Positions 15,415 through 27,456 of a DNA stretch of 64,000 nt are shown here, piece by piece (the first letter of the stretch is position 1; every line of letters starts with the position of its first letter). The translations under genes were made by a program, and so were the position numbers. The stretch lies in contig OX597818.1 in the NCBI GenBank assembly GCA_951406725.2, positions 67,828,001 to 67,892,000 of the forward strand, given 5' to 3'. This DNA is from Octopus vulgaris. Taxonomy: Eukaryota. The notes under the pieces were generated by a model. It was not told where the DNA came from, did not search any database, and was given only the letters and a program-made list of their open reading frames with translations.

Positions 15415-15745
15415 GATCGCGCTTTCTGTCACTCTGCGTGGCACCTTGGGTATGTTGTCTTCTCTGGCCTTGGGGCGACCAAAGCTTTGTGAGTGGATTT
15501 GGTAGACGGAAACTGAAAGAAGGTCTTGTATGTGTATGCGCATGTGTGTAGGGGGTTGTCTCCCACCACCGCTTGACGACCAGAATTGGTGTGTTTACGC
15601 CCTGTAACTTAGCGGTTCGACAGCAGAATAATTACCAGGTTGAAAATGTAAGAACTAGGATCGGTTCACTCGACTAAAAAGTTTTGAAAGCGTTGCTCCA
15701 GCATGGCTGCAGTCTAATGACTGAAAGAACAAACAGATAAAAACG
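15415..15745 (+). mobile_element. SINE family A copy
   Basis: gcgtggcaccttggg...aaagctttgtgagtggatttggtagacggaaactgaaagaag...ctccagcatggctgcagtctaatgactgaaa. Confidence 0.88.
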
Positions 15746-16378
15746 ATTTAAAAAGAAAACTTAATCTGCACTCTCTGCTGCATTTGTGAAACAGAAACGA
15801 TCCTTTCGTTGCATTTCGACCCTGATATAAAAGGTGAATCTTTTATGGCAAAAGAAAAGAGCTTACATGGTAGTTTGACGGAGAGAGTCTCCAAAGTGAT
15901 TCCTAAAACCAAAGTCTCAATAATGGAAAAATTATCAATAGCTGCGTTATTGGTGCTGTCTGCTTCACTTTTCTCTGTTTAAACATAAATATTTCAGCAG
16001 AGAGATATTACTTTCGAAAACTAGAAGCGACGCACATAAAATAACATGATAAGTGACTAGCAAACGCCAATGAAAGCGAAAAGTTCTACTTCTTCGGTCT
16101 AATAGCCAAAGAAAACAGCCACAAATATAATCACTTGATCTGCTTGAAAAAGCAAATGAATGTCTCGCAAAACACACCTTACAAACAGAAAGTGGAAGAT
16201 TCTTTATAAAATATAACTTTTAATATAGAAAATGACAAGTTTCTCAAACGAGGATTGCCTTTGACGAAAAGGACGCTCAGTCAGAGTTTACCTAGAATCA
16301 AATAGTATATGCAACAGGGTCTCACATTGGAAGAATCATGCTACCAATTTATATGAAAACCCTTAAATTTTGTTTTAT

Positions 16379-16414
<36 letters not shown>

Positions 16415-16469
16415 ATGATGATGATGATTATGATGATGATTACGATGATGACGACGACAATGATGATGA

Positions 16470-16512
<43 letters not shown>

Positions 16513-16528
16513 AATTATGATGATGATT

Positions 16529-16583
<55 letters not shown>

Positions 16584-16612
16584 GGAGGAGGAGGTGGAGG
16601 ATGGTGATGATA
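16379..16612. repeat. (GAT)n microsatellite
   Basis: Direct reading of the sequence. Confidence 0.98.
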
Positions 16613-16899
16613 CTATGACTGGTTAGATGTACATCACTCTCCATTGTGCCAGTCTATTCGTCTTCTGCATAATATAATTTATGTTCACAACAGGGCCAAA
16701 CAAGGTGGACTTAGCCAAGACTTCACAGTCGTTTAACTTCGGCAGTAAATGCTTGTAGTACCCAACCCAAAAATGTGTTCCAGTCCCGTGAGGCCATTGG
16801 TTTTGCAGCTAGAGTTATGGGAATTATTTGTGTTCTTATTTTTGTTATTTTTTTCATTTCGGCTGAGAGTCAGATGTTGTTTCTCTTGGGTTGAGTCAA

Positions 16900-17570
16900 A
16901 TATTTTGCAATAGGTTCGATACCCATTTGTTTAATTCGTCAAGTTACAACAAAACCAACTTATCATTCAAAATAGAGGTCACCGTGTTGCACTTTCTGAA
17001 GCTACATTCTGCCAGTTCTTGGATCCCACGCTGATACCAGATTTTTCCCTTCGAGGTGAAGAAATCCTTCACTGACGCTTCTACTTCCTCTTGGTTTATG
17101 AAGTGTCACGATCGCAGGAAGAGAGCTTTGGATTGGAACAATTAACAATCAGATGGAACTGAGTATGGATTATGTGCTGGACGTGACATCAGTTCGGTTC
17201 CCGTAAATTCTTAGCGTTTATTCCAGGTCGTTCGAGTTATCGCAGGTCTTGCATTGTCTTGTAGCCTACCTATGGCCAGTATTTTGCCGCACAATAGCAC
17301 ACATCCATGAGGTGCCGAGCTCGACTGATACACACTGAGTGATACTCGTGGGACTTGATTCTATGACTTGGAGCACGGTCTGGGAATCCATGGTTTTACA
17401 CCAACTTTACTTTGGCTAATCGTCGAGATTCCTGCAAGACGAACGAAATTTTTTGAAATCTCTGGTTACTGTACTCTAAGCAACTGCGCTTTTCTCTTAC
17501 AATCGGCAAATTATTTTGGTTGCTTCCGCGGCGAAATGGCCCCAGTCCGGTCTCGTAAATCTTGGATATA
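16900..17570 (-). mobile_element. Internally deleted mariner-family transposon remnant
   Basis: N-terminal YETGLGHFAAEATKIICR..STVTRDFKKFRSSCRNLDD..IESSPTS..ISVELGTS at 17290-17560. C-terminal LQDNARPA..RPAHNPYSVPSDC*LF..FINQEEVEASVKDFFTSKGKIWYQRGIQEL at 16960-17270. Confidence 0.82.
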
Positions 17571-18054
17571 CATCTTCATATACACCACTCTCTCCCTTTG
17601 GCCAGTCTCTTCCTGTTCATCACATTATAATTTGTGGCCACAACAGATCTGACAAGGTGGACTTAGCAAGAGATTGACAGTTGCTATACTTCAGCGGTAA
17701 ATGCTTGTAGTACTCATCCCGGAAATATATTTCAGACCCGTGGAGCCATTGCTGCCAGAATGTGACTGCACATTCGGACTGGAGCAACGCCCAACACAGC
17801 GCTTCAACTACAACGACACTTCCATCCTCAGCGGGAACCTTGCAAAGTTTGAACTGCTTTTGTCACATGATATACAAACCGTAAATTAGCAAGAATGCAA
17901 ATATTTTAAAACCCTCGATCGCTTCAATAATAGCAGATTGTAGTTAGAATATGGTAAGTTGTATATCTGTCTGGAAGTTCGAAGTGTGATTATCTTTATT
18001 TTTTTTTTGTAGGAGGTACTATTAGAGTTACATATTGTATTTATATTTTAATCG

Positions 18055-18420
18055 CTTATTCATTTCAGTGGTTAGGCTTCGGCCATGCTGGAGCACCACA
18101 TTTAATGAATCGACACCATAACATATTTTAATCCAGGCTCTTCTTCTATTGGTTTTTGCCGAACCGTTCAGTTACAGGGACGTAAATACATAAACAGCGG
18201 TTGTCAATCGATGGTGAGGAAGAAACTCAAACAAAGACATTCACAAACGCGTGCACACACATACGAACACACACACGCGCATACATACACACACACATAT
18301 GACGGGCTTCTTTCAGTTTCCTCTCACAAATCAACTCACAAAGCATTGGTCGGCCCGAGGTCATAGTAGAAGGCAGCTGCCCAAGGTGCCACGCAGTGGG
18401 ACTGAACCCGGAACCATGCG
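18055..18420 (-). mobile_element. SINE family A copy
   Basis: ggccatgctggagcacc...gacgggcttctttcagtttcc...cccaaggtgccacgcagtgggactgaacccggaaccatg. Confidence 0.88.
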
Positions 18421-18740
18421 GTATGCATGTTTGTTCACATCGATGTGTTCAGTTTTATCAGTACATTTGAATGTGTACTTATGTGTTTGTGTATACGTCT
18501 CGGCGTGTTTGCCATGGATGGTTTAAAGTTTGGCTATGTGTGTATAGATGGAAGTATACTTGTGAGCATCTCTATGTGGATGTCGTTATAAATGTGCGCC
18601 TGAGCATGTGTGTGAGTGTCTAAGTGCGCATGCGTGTCGTTACGCGTGAGTGAACGCGTGTCTATGGCACGTGCGCTTATTTCGTGTGTTAAGGAAGGGC
18701 CACGTTGCTGGCATTTTAAGTTTTCCCAACAATAGTGTTT

Positions 18741-19012
18741 GTGATGATGACGATGATGATGACGATGATGAAGATGATGATGATGATGATGATGCTGATG
18801 ATGATGATGAGGAGGAGGAGGATGCCGACGATGATGATGATGACGACGATGATGGCGATGATGACGATGATGATGATGCTGAAGATGATGATGATGATGA
18901 TGAAGACGATGATGACGATGATGTTGATGATGATGTGGATGATGATAACGATGATGATGATGACGACGATAATGGCGATGACGACGATGATGACGATGAT
19001 GACGACGACGAC

Positions 19013-19086
<74 letters not shown>

Positions 19087-19141
19087 CGATGATGATGATG
19101 ATGACGATGATGATGACGATGATGATGATGACGATGATGAT
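18741..19141. repeat. (GAT/GAC)n microsatellite
   Basis: Direct reading. It is the source of the poly-D/M/H/S pseudo-ORFs. Confidence 0.98.
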
Positions 19142-19511
19142 CTTTCACATTTCACAATTACTACTACAACTACATCTAACACAAGTAGTAGTAGCAGTAA
19201 TAGTAGTAGTAGTAGTACTGCAGATTGTGAGGAAGGGGATGAGTAGTGTCTTGCGTGCATGTGAGAAAGATGGGAGAATGCAACATGATGGAGGAACAAC
19301 AAGAGGGGGAGGGGGGAATAAAAGTGTTATGATTGGTAGAAGTAAACAGAAAGAGAGAGAGAGAAGGAGGGAGGAAGGAAGAAAGGAAGGAAGGAAGGAA
19401 GGGAGAAGATAAGGCACAGGGAGAGGAAGACAAAGAAAGAAAGTAAGAAAGAAATAAAGACATTAGGAAACAATCTTGTTCAATTATCATATTTCTAACT
19501 TCACTATTTAA

Positions 19512-19816
19512 CATCATCATCATCATCACCCTCAGCATCATCACCATTGTCATCATCACCATCATCATCATCATCGTCATCATCATCATCACCCTCAGCA
19601 TCATCACCATTGTCATCATCACCATCATCATCATCACCATCGCTATCATCATCATCCTCATCATCATCATCATCATCATCATCGTCATCATCATCATCAT
19701 CATCGTCATCACCATCATCATAACCATCGTCATCATCATCATCATCATCATCATCGTCATCATCATCATCATCATCATCGTCATCATCATCGTCATCATC
19801 ATCATCATCATCATCA
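19512..19816. repeat. (CAT)n microsatellite with a duplicated ~63-bp higher-order unit
   Basis: caccctcagcatcatcaccattgtcatcatcaccatc occurs twice, at about 19527 and 19590. Confidence 0.95.
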
Positions 19817-20526
19817 CAATCCTCTCTTGTTATTTTGTAGATATTTGTTCTTTTTTACTTTGATATTCATCGACATCTTCACTCGTGTCGTCATTAAAAT
19901 GACACCTCCTCTTCCTCCTCCTCCCCCTCCTCCTTATTTCTTCTTCGTTGCCCTTAATCGTCTCTATTATCATGATGATGATTATGATGACGGTGATGAC
20001 GACAGCGGTGGTGGTGCTGGTGGTGGTGTTGGTGGTGATGAGGATGATGATGAGGATGATGATGCTGATGATGATTTCTTTTGTAATCAGTGTTTGTGTA
20101 TGGAACTGAAATCTGGAACAGTGATCTTTGAGGAAATATCAAAAGGAAGTGTGTTATGATTTCCCAGAAACTGGGAAACAATGGGAAAATGCCACGTCGC
20201 ATTGAAAAGTTGTCATGCAAAGCTCAAGGGCATCAATTTAAGAATAAATGACTCACAGTGAGCAATCACATTTATCAAATATCATTTAATGAAAGTAGGT
20301 TTGTCTGGTGTAGGTTGAATGCTTCGTTTTGTATGGTCTGTGGCATATCTTTCTATTAGATTTGATTATATATCAATAGTTAGTGAACACAGAGAAAATA
20401 TCTAATTTAAAATAAGAGAAAGGAGGGGATCGTAACAAATAACCTATATTGTTTAATGCTTGGTGGCAGATTTAATCAAGATTAATTGGAGAAAAATTAA
20501 CAAAGTACAATTTCTATAATCTATAT

Positions 20527-21354
20527 GTTTCTTTACTACCCATAAGGCGCAGGAGTGGCTGTATGGTAAGTAGCTTGTTTACCAACCACATGGTTCCGGG
20601 TTCAGTCCCACTGCGTGGCACCTTGGGCAAGTGTCTTCTACTATAGCCTCAGGCCGACCAAAGCCTTGTGAGTGGATTTGGTAGACGGAAACTGAAAGAA
20701 GCCCGTCGTATATATGTATATATATATATGTATGCGTGTGTGTCCGTGTTTGTCCCCCTAGTATTGCTTGACAACCGATATTGGTGTGTTTATGTCCTCG
20801 TTACTTAGCGGTTCAGCAAAAGAGACCGATAGAATGAGTCCTGGGCTTACAAAAGAATAAGTCCTGGGGTCGAGTTGCTCGATTAAAGGCGGTGCTCCAG
20901 CATGGCCGCAGTCAAATGACTGAAACAAGTAAAAGAGTAATAGAGTAAAAGAATAAGGGGCTAAACATAGAGGGGACAAACAAGGACAGACAAACGGATT
21001 AAGTCGATTACATCGACCCCAGTGCGAAACTGGTACTTAATTTATCGACTCTTTAAGGATGAAGGGCAAAGTCAACCTCGGCGGAATTTGAACTCAGAAC
21101 GTAGCGGCAGACGAAATACCTATTTCTTTATTACCCACAAGGGGCTAAACACAGAGGGAACAAACAAGGACAGACATAGGTATTAAGTCGATTACATCGA
21201 CCCCAGTTCGTAACTGGTATTTAATTTATCGACCCCGAAAGGATGAAAGGCAAAGTCGACCTCGGAGGAATTTGAACTCAGAACGTAACGACAGACGAAA
21301 TACCGCTAAGCATTTCGCCCGGCGTGCTAACAACTCTGCCAGCTCGCCGCCTTT
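20527..21354 (-). mobile_element. SINE family B dimer with 18-bp TSD, interrupted by a family A SINE
   Basis: aatttctataatctatat occurs at 20509-20526 and 21355-21372. The minus-strand head is ggcggcgagctggcagag..gagttcaaattcc. The core gactttgcctttcatcctttcggggtcgataaattaa occurs twice. Confidence 0.92.
20546..20952 (+). mobile_element. Full-length SINE family A (tRNA head, CORE-like start, (GAGTAAAA)-type tail)
   Basis: A box gtggctgtatggta, B box gggttcagtccc, then gcaccttgggcaagt. Short duplication ataagg at 20542-20547 and 20953-20958. Confidence 0.92.
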
Positions 21355-22174
21355 AATTTCTATAATCTATATCCGTCTATCACTCAAACTTGCTGTTGAT
21401 AACTTCTTTTAACCATCCAACGCCCTCCCATTTTCTGCTCGAGTACATTGTTGCTGTCATCATACTCTTGAGCCCTTCATACAAGCATTTCAAGTCTTTT
21501 GTCATCATTCTCCAATTTATTCTCCTCCTTTGTCACGTTGTTTTTAGCTCGTGTACGCATCTTGCTGATGCCGTGACGAAAAACACCCAGCTCGTTGTCG
21601 TGTATAATTCGTGAGCAAATATAAAATAGCACAGGATCGAGAGGTCCCTTCCGTTTTGGTTTTATCGAGTACTTGATCACCTCTGCAGCGCAAAAACACC
21701 CCTAAAATGCATCCAATTTAATCTAAAATCTAAAAGGTGTAGTACTTGTGTGTGCATGTGTTTGACTTGCCTTTGTCATTATTGTGATTTTGGCTTTCGG
21801 TAAACCAAACAACGTTGCTATCAAATATAATTGATATCGTTTACTTACAGTTATCCACATGGCTGTATCCGGGTTCTTGACATGTTGCATGATCTGTATA
21901 AACAAGAGATTCGAACTACGCCCTGGCGTGTTAGTCGAACAGGCTCTGATGGGTCCAAGGTTTGGTATGGTTTCTATGGTTAGATTCCTTTCCGAATGAC
22001 AACCATTTTACAGTGACGGGTAGATAGGTTTCTTTTGCAGGATCAGACACAATACTCCTCGCAAGCATAAGATCCTGTTGATCGGAGCGGGACTAGAGTA
22101 GAGAGGAAGTAGATGTGAAAGAAGACAGCAAGACAGGGCAAGGAGTAGAGATTGCAAGAGTGTATGCGAGGATG

Positions 22175-22592
22175 AGTGGAGGTGCAATGGCCCAGTGCTC
22201 AGGGCAGCAGACTGGCGGTGGTTAGATCGCGGTTTCGTTTCCTAGAACGGTTGTTGTGAGGGTTTATTGAGCGAGGTACAGTCCACGAGGTACTGGACAG
22301 TACTACCACGAGGTACTAAAACTCCACGAGGTATTGTCAGCGGGTGCTGGCGAACCCTGCTGTATTCTTTCACCACAACTTTCTCACACACTTTCTTCCT
22401 GTTTCTGTTGTACCTGTATTTCGAAGGGTCAGCCTTGTCACACTCTGTGTCATGCTGAATCTCCCCCGAGAATTACATTAAGGGTACACGTGTTTGTGGA
22501 GTGCTCAGTGACCCACCCGTTAATTTCACGAGCAGGCTGTTCCGCGGAACGGATCAACTGGAAATCGCGTCGTTGCCACGGACGGAGTGTCA
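22175..22592 (+). mobile_element. tRNA-derived SINE family C
   Basis: Head gtggaggtgcaatggcccagtg..ggtttcgtttcc and tail gtggagtgctcag..gcaggctgttccg..cggatcaactggaa. Matches 56218-56595 on the minus strand. Contains three internal ccacgaggta repeats. Confidence 0.85.
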
Positions 22593-22886
22593 TGATGCGA
22601 GGATGGGAGCTGGTTAGAAATGGAGAACGAATGAGAGGGGGAATATGAATCAATACCAAAAGGGAATATGTAGGAAGAGTGAGAAAGTGGAGATTGAAGA
22701 GGGTTGCAGGTAGGGTGCAGGTAGGATGCAGTCAGTGGTTTCGGTGCATTAGTGCGAGGTTATCACTCCTTGTCTTCATATTACATACTAATTGAAAACA
22801 AATGCCAGTGTCGAAGATGCGGTGCCATTTACGTTATTTACATTATTTACATTTGACGGATATTTGTCCTCATCTTGTTTGTTGTT

Positions 22887-22931
22887 AACACAACGTTCGG
22901 CTGATATACCCTCCAGCCTTCATCAGGTGTC
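22887..22931 (-). ncRNA. Minimal type I hammerhead motif (one A missing from GAAA)
   Basis: Minus strand: gacac CTGATGA a ggctg gagggtatat cagcc GAA cg TT gtgtt. Confidence 0.7.
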
Positions 22932-23016
22932 TTGTCGAAATTTCAAACCTGGGTTCTCATTCCTAAGGTTTTTTCGATGTTGTTGTTGTTGTTTTTATTA
23001 TTATAATTATAATTAC

Positions 23017-23052
<36 letters not shown>

Positions 23053-23053
23053 T

Positions 23054-23223
<170 letters not shown>

Positions 23224-23251
23224 TGTTATTGTTATTACTATTATTATTATT

Positions 23252-23792
23252 GAGTGAGAGAGCAGTGCATGCCATCAAAGTGACACTGGGGTAAAATATA
23301 CGAAGCCCAATATACCCATCATGACTACCCGTCTGATAAGGGTACACCAGGCACATGCATCACAACCATATTTGCGCGACATGGTGATCTCATATCAAGA
23401 TAAACAGCACATGACCTTGCAGGTGGGGCCCAGTTAGAATTTTCTTCAGGTTGAGTAGCCCATCCCGCTCAAAAGGTCCCTGAATAAGGGTTGTTTAAGG
23501 ATGTTGAAAGAACCACCCATGTTTCCAGAGGTAGATTATTCAAACCCCAAAGAATCCCTCTCAACACATGGCTATGATGCTCCCCCACTACTTCTGCTCG
23601 TGATCAGAGATGCACATATCGTCAGCCACTAAGGGACATGCTCAACTGGTTAAGGTCAAACAACTGACAAGCAAATCTGTGGTATTGAGCAGAATATTTG
23701 CTGTAGCCCATCTTTTATACCAAGACAAAACAATGTACATGATAACACTTCCAATCAGTTAAGATCAGAAGCCATGAGAGCCACTGCCTGGT
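23252..23792. mobile_element. 540-bp non-coding insertion within (TAA)n, class unknown
   Basis: Complex sequence with sharp borders and (ATT)n on both sides, lying inside the spacer of another element. No long ORF of its own. Confidence 0.7.
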
Positions 23793-23860
23793 TATTATTA
23801 TTATTATTATTATTATTGTTATTATTATTATTGTTATTATTATTATTGTTATTATTATTA

Positions 23861-23924
<64 letters not shown>

Positions 23925-23940
23925 CATTATTATCATTATT

Positions 23941-24032
23941 CAGTAGTTTTATTTTTATAGCGTGCTTTCACTTCACTACCGAGCGCAGCTCTGTGTGCCT
24001 TGGGTATGTGCTGTGATTTGTTGTGATGCTCT
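23941..24032 (-). mobile_element. Short insertion in (TAA)n, probably the 3' UTR end of a second TAA-targeting LINE
   Basis: 92 bp with (ATT)n on both sides. The minus strand ends aaaaataaaactactg-aataat. Confidence 0.5.
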
Positions 24033-24058
24033 TATTATTATTATTATTATCATTATTA

Positions 24059-24095
<37 letters not shown>

Positions 24096-24231
24096 TAGGT
24101 CATTACCTGAAATCCAACTCGGAATCTTGGGGTTAGTAGCCCGCGCTCTTAACCACTACGTGATATACCCGTCAAATGTAAATAATGTAAATAATATACA
24201 TAATTCCTCATCTCTTAAATATAGAACTGTA

Positions 24232-24425
24232 GCGGTGCGATTTGTTTTGCAGACAAATGTGAAAATTCGTCTGCACTCAGGTAAAAAAATATCAACTCCG
24301 GAAACCGTGAGGATTCAAGCCAATATAAACATCTGCCCATGAATAATCTGCATCAAAGATACCATGTGATCCATGGAAATGTAGACGTGAAAACTACAAT
24401 GATGACGACGACGACGACGATGATG
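24232..24425 (+). mobile_element. Repeat family D 3' end with (GAT/GAC)n tail
   Basis: ccatggaaatgtagacgtgaaaac..gatgacgacg. Related pieces at 33925-34075, 45263-45450, 59600-59822 and 60318-60490 (minus) and 63375-63590 (plus). Confidence 0.6.
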
Positions 24426-25358
24426 ATTACGATGACGATAAGGACGATGATGGTAATGTTGGCGTGTATGACGACGGTGATGGTTGTGGTGGTCGTGGTT
24501 GGGGTGACAACGATGATGGTGATGACTGCGACGTCGAAAATGATGTATGACAGGAAAAGAAGTGACAAGCGAACTCTTGAAGATCAGAAGAGAGAAAGAC
24601 GGATAAGTTTTAAGACGGAAAACACATCAATATTTGAAATGATGCAGTGGTTGTGTATCCTCTGGTCGGCTCTGAATAATGTGCTTCTGTCATTGACCAA
24701 ACTGTTTTTTCTTCCTTTCTTTTTGCTTCACAGAATATTTTATCAATGGCTACATTAGTCTTTCAACATGGTAGAATATGAATTAAGAGAGATTTAGTTG
24801 TTATTTTTAGCGAGCCAAAACGTCATAGTGAGCCGCGTTTAGTAAAGGTTTTTAAATGTTTTATAAAACTGAGAAACTATGGAACATTTTGAAATGAACT
24901 TACCTTTATAACTAAAATAACATGAGTAGAAAAATCTGAAAACCTAGGATAATTACGATGAAAACTTGTGTGATCAGTTGAATTGCTAGAAACAACCACA
25001 CTTCTTTCAAAATAAACGTCGTATCTTAAATAAAGGCGATGGAATGATTTGCTTTGTTGTTGCTGTTTTTTTTATAATAGTATTTCATACATATATCTAC
25101 GTCTCTTTTCCTTGGTGTGACCTTATAGTTAGGGCATTCCATTCAAGACAACAGGGACGGAAGGACACGTTGTACTCTTGAGAAAGTTGTTTCATTTGAC
25201 CTTGATCCAGTCTCTCATTCATAACAAATACCAACGGTGAGCATCACTTTCTTCTTCCTTGCGTTACATTCTTTCTTTCTTTCCTTTTGGTGAGGTGCAA
25301 AACCTCTATATTTATATACATATATATTTATATACATATATACGTATATTTATATACA

Positions 25359-25389
<31 letters not shown>

Positions 25390-25461
25390 CTATAAATAAA
25401 CATACATTTATATATACAAATATATGTGTATCTTATATATATATATATGTATATATATATA

Positions 25462-26285
25462 AATTCAGGGTAAATACTTGATAGTTGTAAGCACCTGTAT
25501 ATACCATTTAATGGTGTAGGTGATAGAGTATATTTATCAAAATAAAAACATGATGCAAAGGATTTAGCGGTACATATGTTTCGGGCCTTTATTAGACGGT
25601 TTATAACAATGCATAATTGATGTAAATGAGTGTCTATAGCCTTCTTCAGCCGCGCACAATTACTACTTCAAGGACATGTATTACATTATAAGTTTTACGT
25701 TGGGGATGCAAATCTTCATAGTCGCGTACGACAGCGTGGGGCACCAGAACAAAATCAAAGCGTCCATCCCGTATTGCACTTGATGTAGAATGATGAAGTT
25801 TAGATGTTGAGATAGAGAGGGAAGGGGTTGGGGTGAATCTTTAGTGAGTTAGGGGTCACAAAGAGGGAGGGTTGTGGGTGCAAAAGGTAGTAAAAGAGTA
25901 AAAAATTACAAAGGAGTAAAACTTTAAAAATATATAAAAAAGATATAAGAATATAAAAAAAATCTAAGTATATAAACATATAAATATATAAATATATAAA
26001 TACATAAATACACACAGACGTGAAAAAACATGGAAATATAAATAAATGGAGATAAAGATAAAGAAGCGAAAAATAAGGACGAAAAAAGTAAGGATAAGAA
26101 AATAAAAAAAAATATAGTGGTAAAGAAATATAAAGGGATGAAGAAAGGGGTGAAGAAACTAAAAGGGTGGTCAGGAGATAACGTAAGGTACGGAAAGATG
26201 ACATATTCCGGTTGTTGAAACTTAAGAATGTAATGGCGGGTGTCATATATTAACATAAATGTCTCCAGACCGAAAGTATCTATTG
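25462..26285 (-). mobile_element. Penelope-like terminal fragment carrying a hammerhead
   Basis: Abuts (TA)n. Strand-asymmetric body (pyrimidine-rich on minus). HHR at 25567-25653. Confidence 0.6.
25567..25653 (-). ncRNA. Type I hammerhead ribozyme motif, near intact
   Basis: Minus strand: gcgg CTGAAGA aggct atagac...gtcta ataaa ggccc GAAA catatg TA ccgc. Stem I is a perfect 4 bp, stem III is the palindrome ACATATGT, and the first stem II pair is A-C. Confidence 0.82.
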
Positions 26286-26294
26286 ATGTGCTAT

Positions 26295-26727
26295 ACAAAG
26301 CCTCCCTGATAAAATTCCACCTACTTTAGGCAGAGGTAGCTGGGCAGCTACAGAGGGCAACTTTGATAGAAACTGCAAAACATTGTCGCAGTGTAGGGTC
26401 GGAGGTTCTGGTAGTGTTAATGCGTGGTCGGCCCATTTTCTTAGAGTGATGGACTTTTTAGGCAGAATCCTCACCCTGCTTCTTATTAGTGAATGATCTG
26501 TGTCACAATCCGCGCTGTGGTAACTACGAGTCAGTTGAACAGAATTCAGAAAGGGTCTTCGTGTAATGATGAGATCCATCTGATGCCAGTGGTGAGATCT
26601 TTGATGACTCCAAAATGCCTTGTGGGATGTCTTGTTGGCAAAGAAATTGTTAGTGATGCACAAGTTATGGAATATGTGCAAAATTCAAGTAGTCTCTGGT
26701 CAATGTCATTCATGTTGCCAATACCAA
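26295..26727 (-). mobile_element. RTE (BovB-like) LINE AP-endonuclease C-terminal fragment
   Basis: [17 protein letters not shown] / [56 protein letters not shown], with one frameshift. Confidence 0.9.
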
Positions 26728-26819
26728 AACACAAACACTTATATATATGCATACATATATATACGATCAATTTGTTTCAGTTCCTGTCTACGAAATCCAT
26801 ATATATACATATACACAAA

Positions 26820-26928
<109 letters not shown>

Positions 26929-27072
26929 CATATATGCATACACACACATACATACATATATATTTACAAAAGAAACGAACAAAAGACGAATACGTCTATA
27001 TATATCTATATATTTATCTATATCTATATCTATATATATATCTATATACATATATATCTGTCTCTCTCTCTC

Positions 27073-27128
<56 letters not shown>

Positions 27129-27223
27129 ACCTATCTATCTATCTAAATATATATATATATATATATATATGAAAAAACAAGTCAAAAATAGAAAATGCTA
27201 AGAAAATTTTATAGTGAATCTTT

Positions 27224-27261
27224 CAGTACCGGTTTCGGTCATTTTGAGACCTTTTCAACTG
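27224..27261 (-). ncRNA. Minimal hammerhead ribozyme, U3-A8 core variant
   Basis: Minus strand: cag TTGAAAA ggtc tcaaaat gacc GAAA ccgg TA ctg. Confidence 0.8.
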
Positions 27262-27418
27262 TAACGATTAAATAATTAAATTCGAGGTCGAACACACAAG
27301 TGCAAACAAGGGAGTAAGAGAAAGGCAGAATGCTACTTATATCTGAACACTACTATAGAAATATTCTTTTAAAAAAACTTTTCTTCTAATTTTTCTAAAT
27401 TTAATTATTTGATCGTTA

Positions 27419-27456
27419 CAGTTGAAAAGGTCTCAAAATGACCGAAACCGGTACTG
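27419..27456 (+). ncRNA. Minimal hammerhead ribozyme, U3-A8 core variant
   Basis: cag TTGAAAA ggtc tcaaaat gacc GAAA ccgg TA ctg, identical to the minus-strand copy in the other arm. Confidence 0.8.

Noticed and set aside
18534-19817. Long poly-His/Asp/Ser/Met ORFs (about 200 aa)
   Set aside because: These are translations of (GAT)n/(CAT)n microsatellites, open in several frames at once. The same applies to the poly-I/L/N/YI ORFs throughout the window.
20956-21300. ~180-bp tandem units that could be read as a CRISPR array or satellite
   Set aside because: They have no unique spacers and are SINE core multimers bounded by a TSD. The context is eukaryotic.
21390-21700. Possible RT-like remnant on the minus strand
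   Set aside because: The similarity to an RTE C-terminus is too faint to call by eye.
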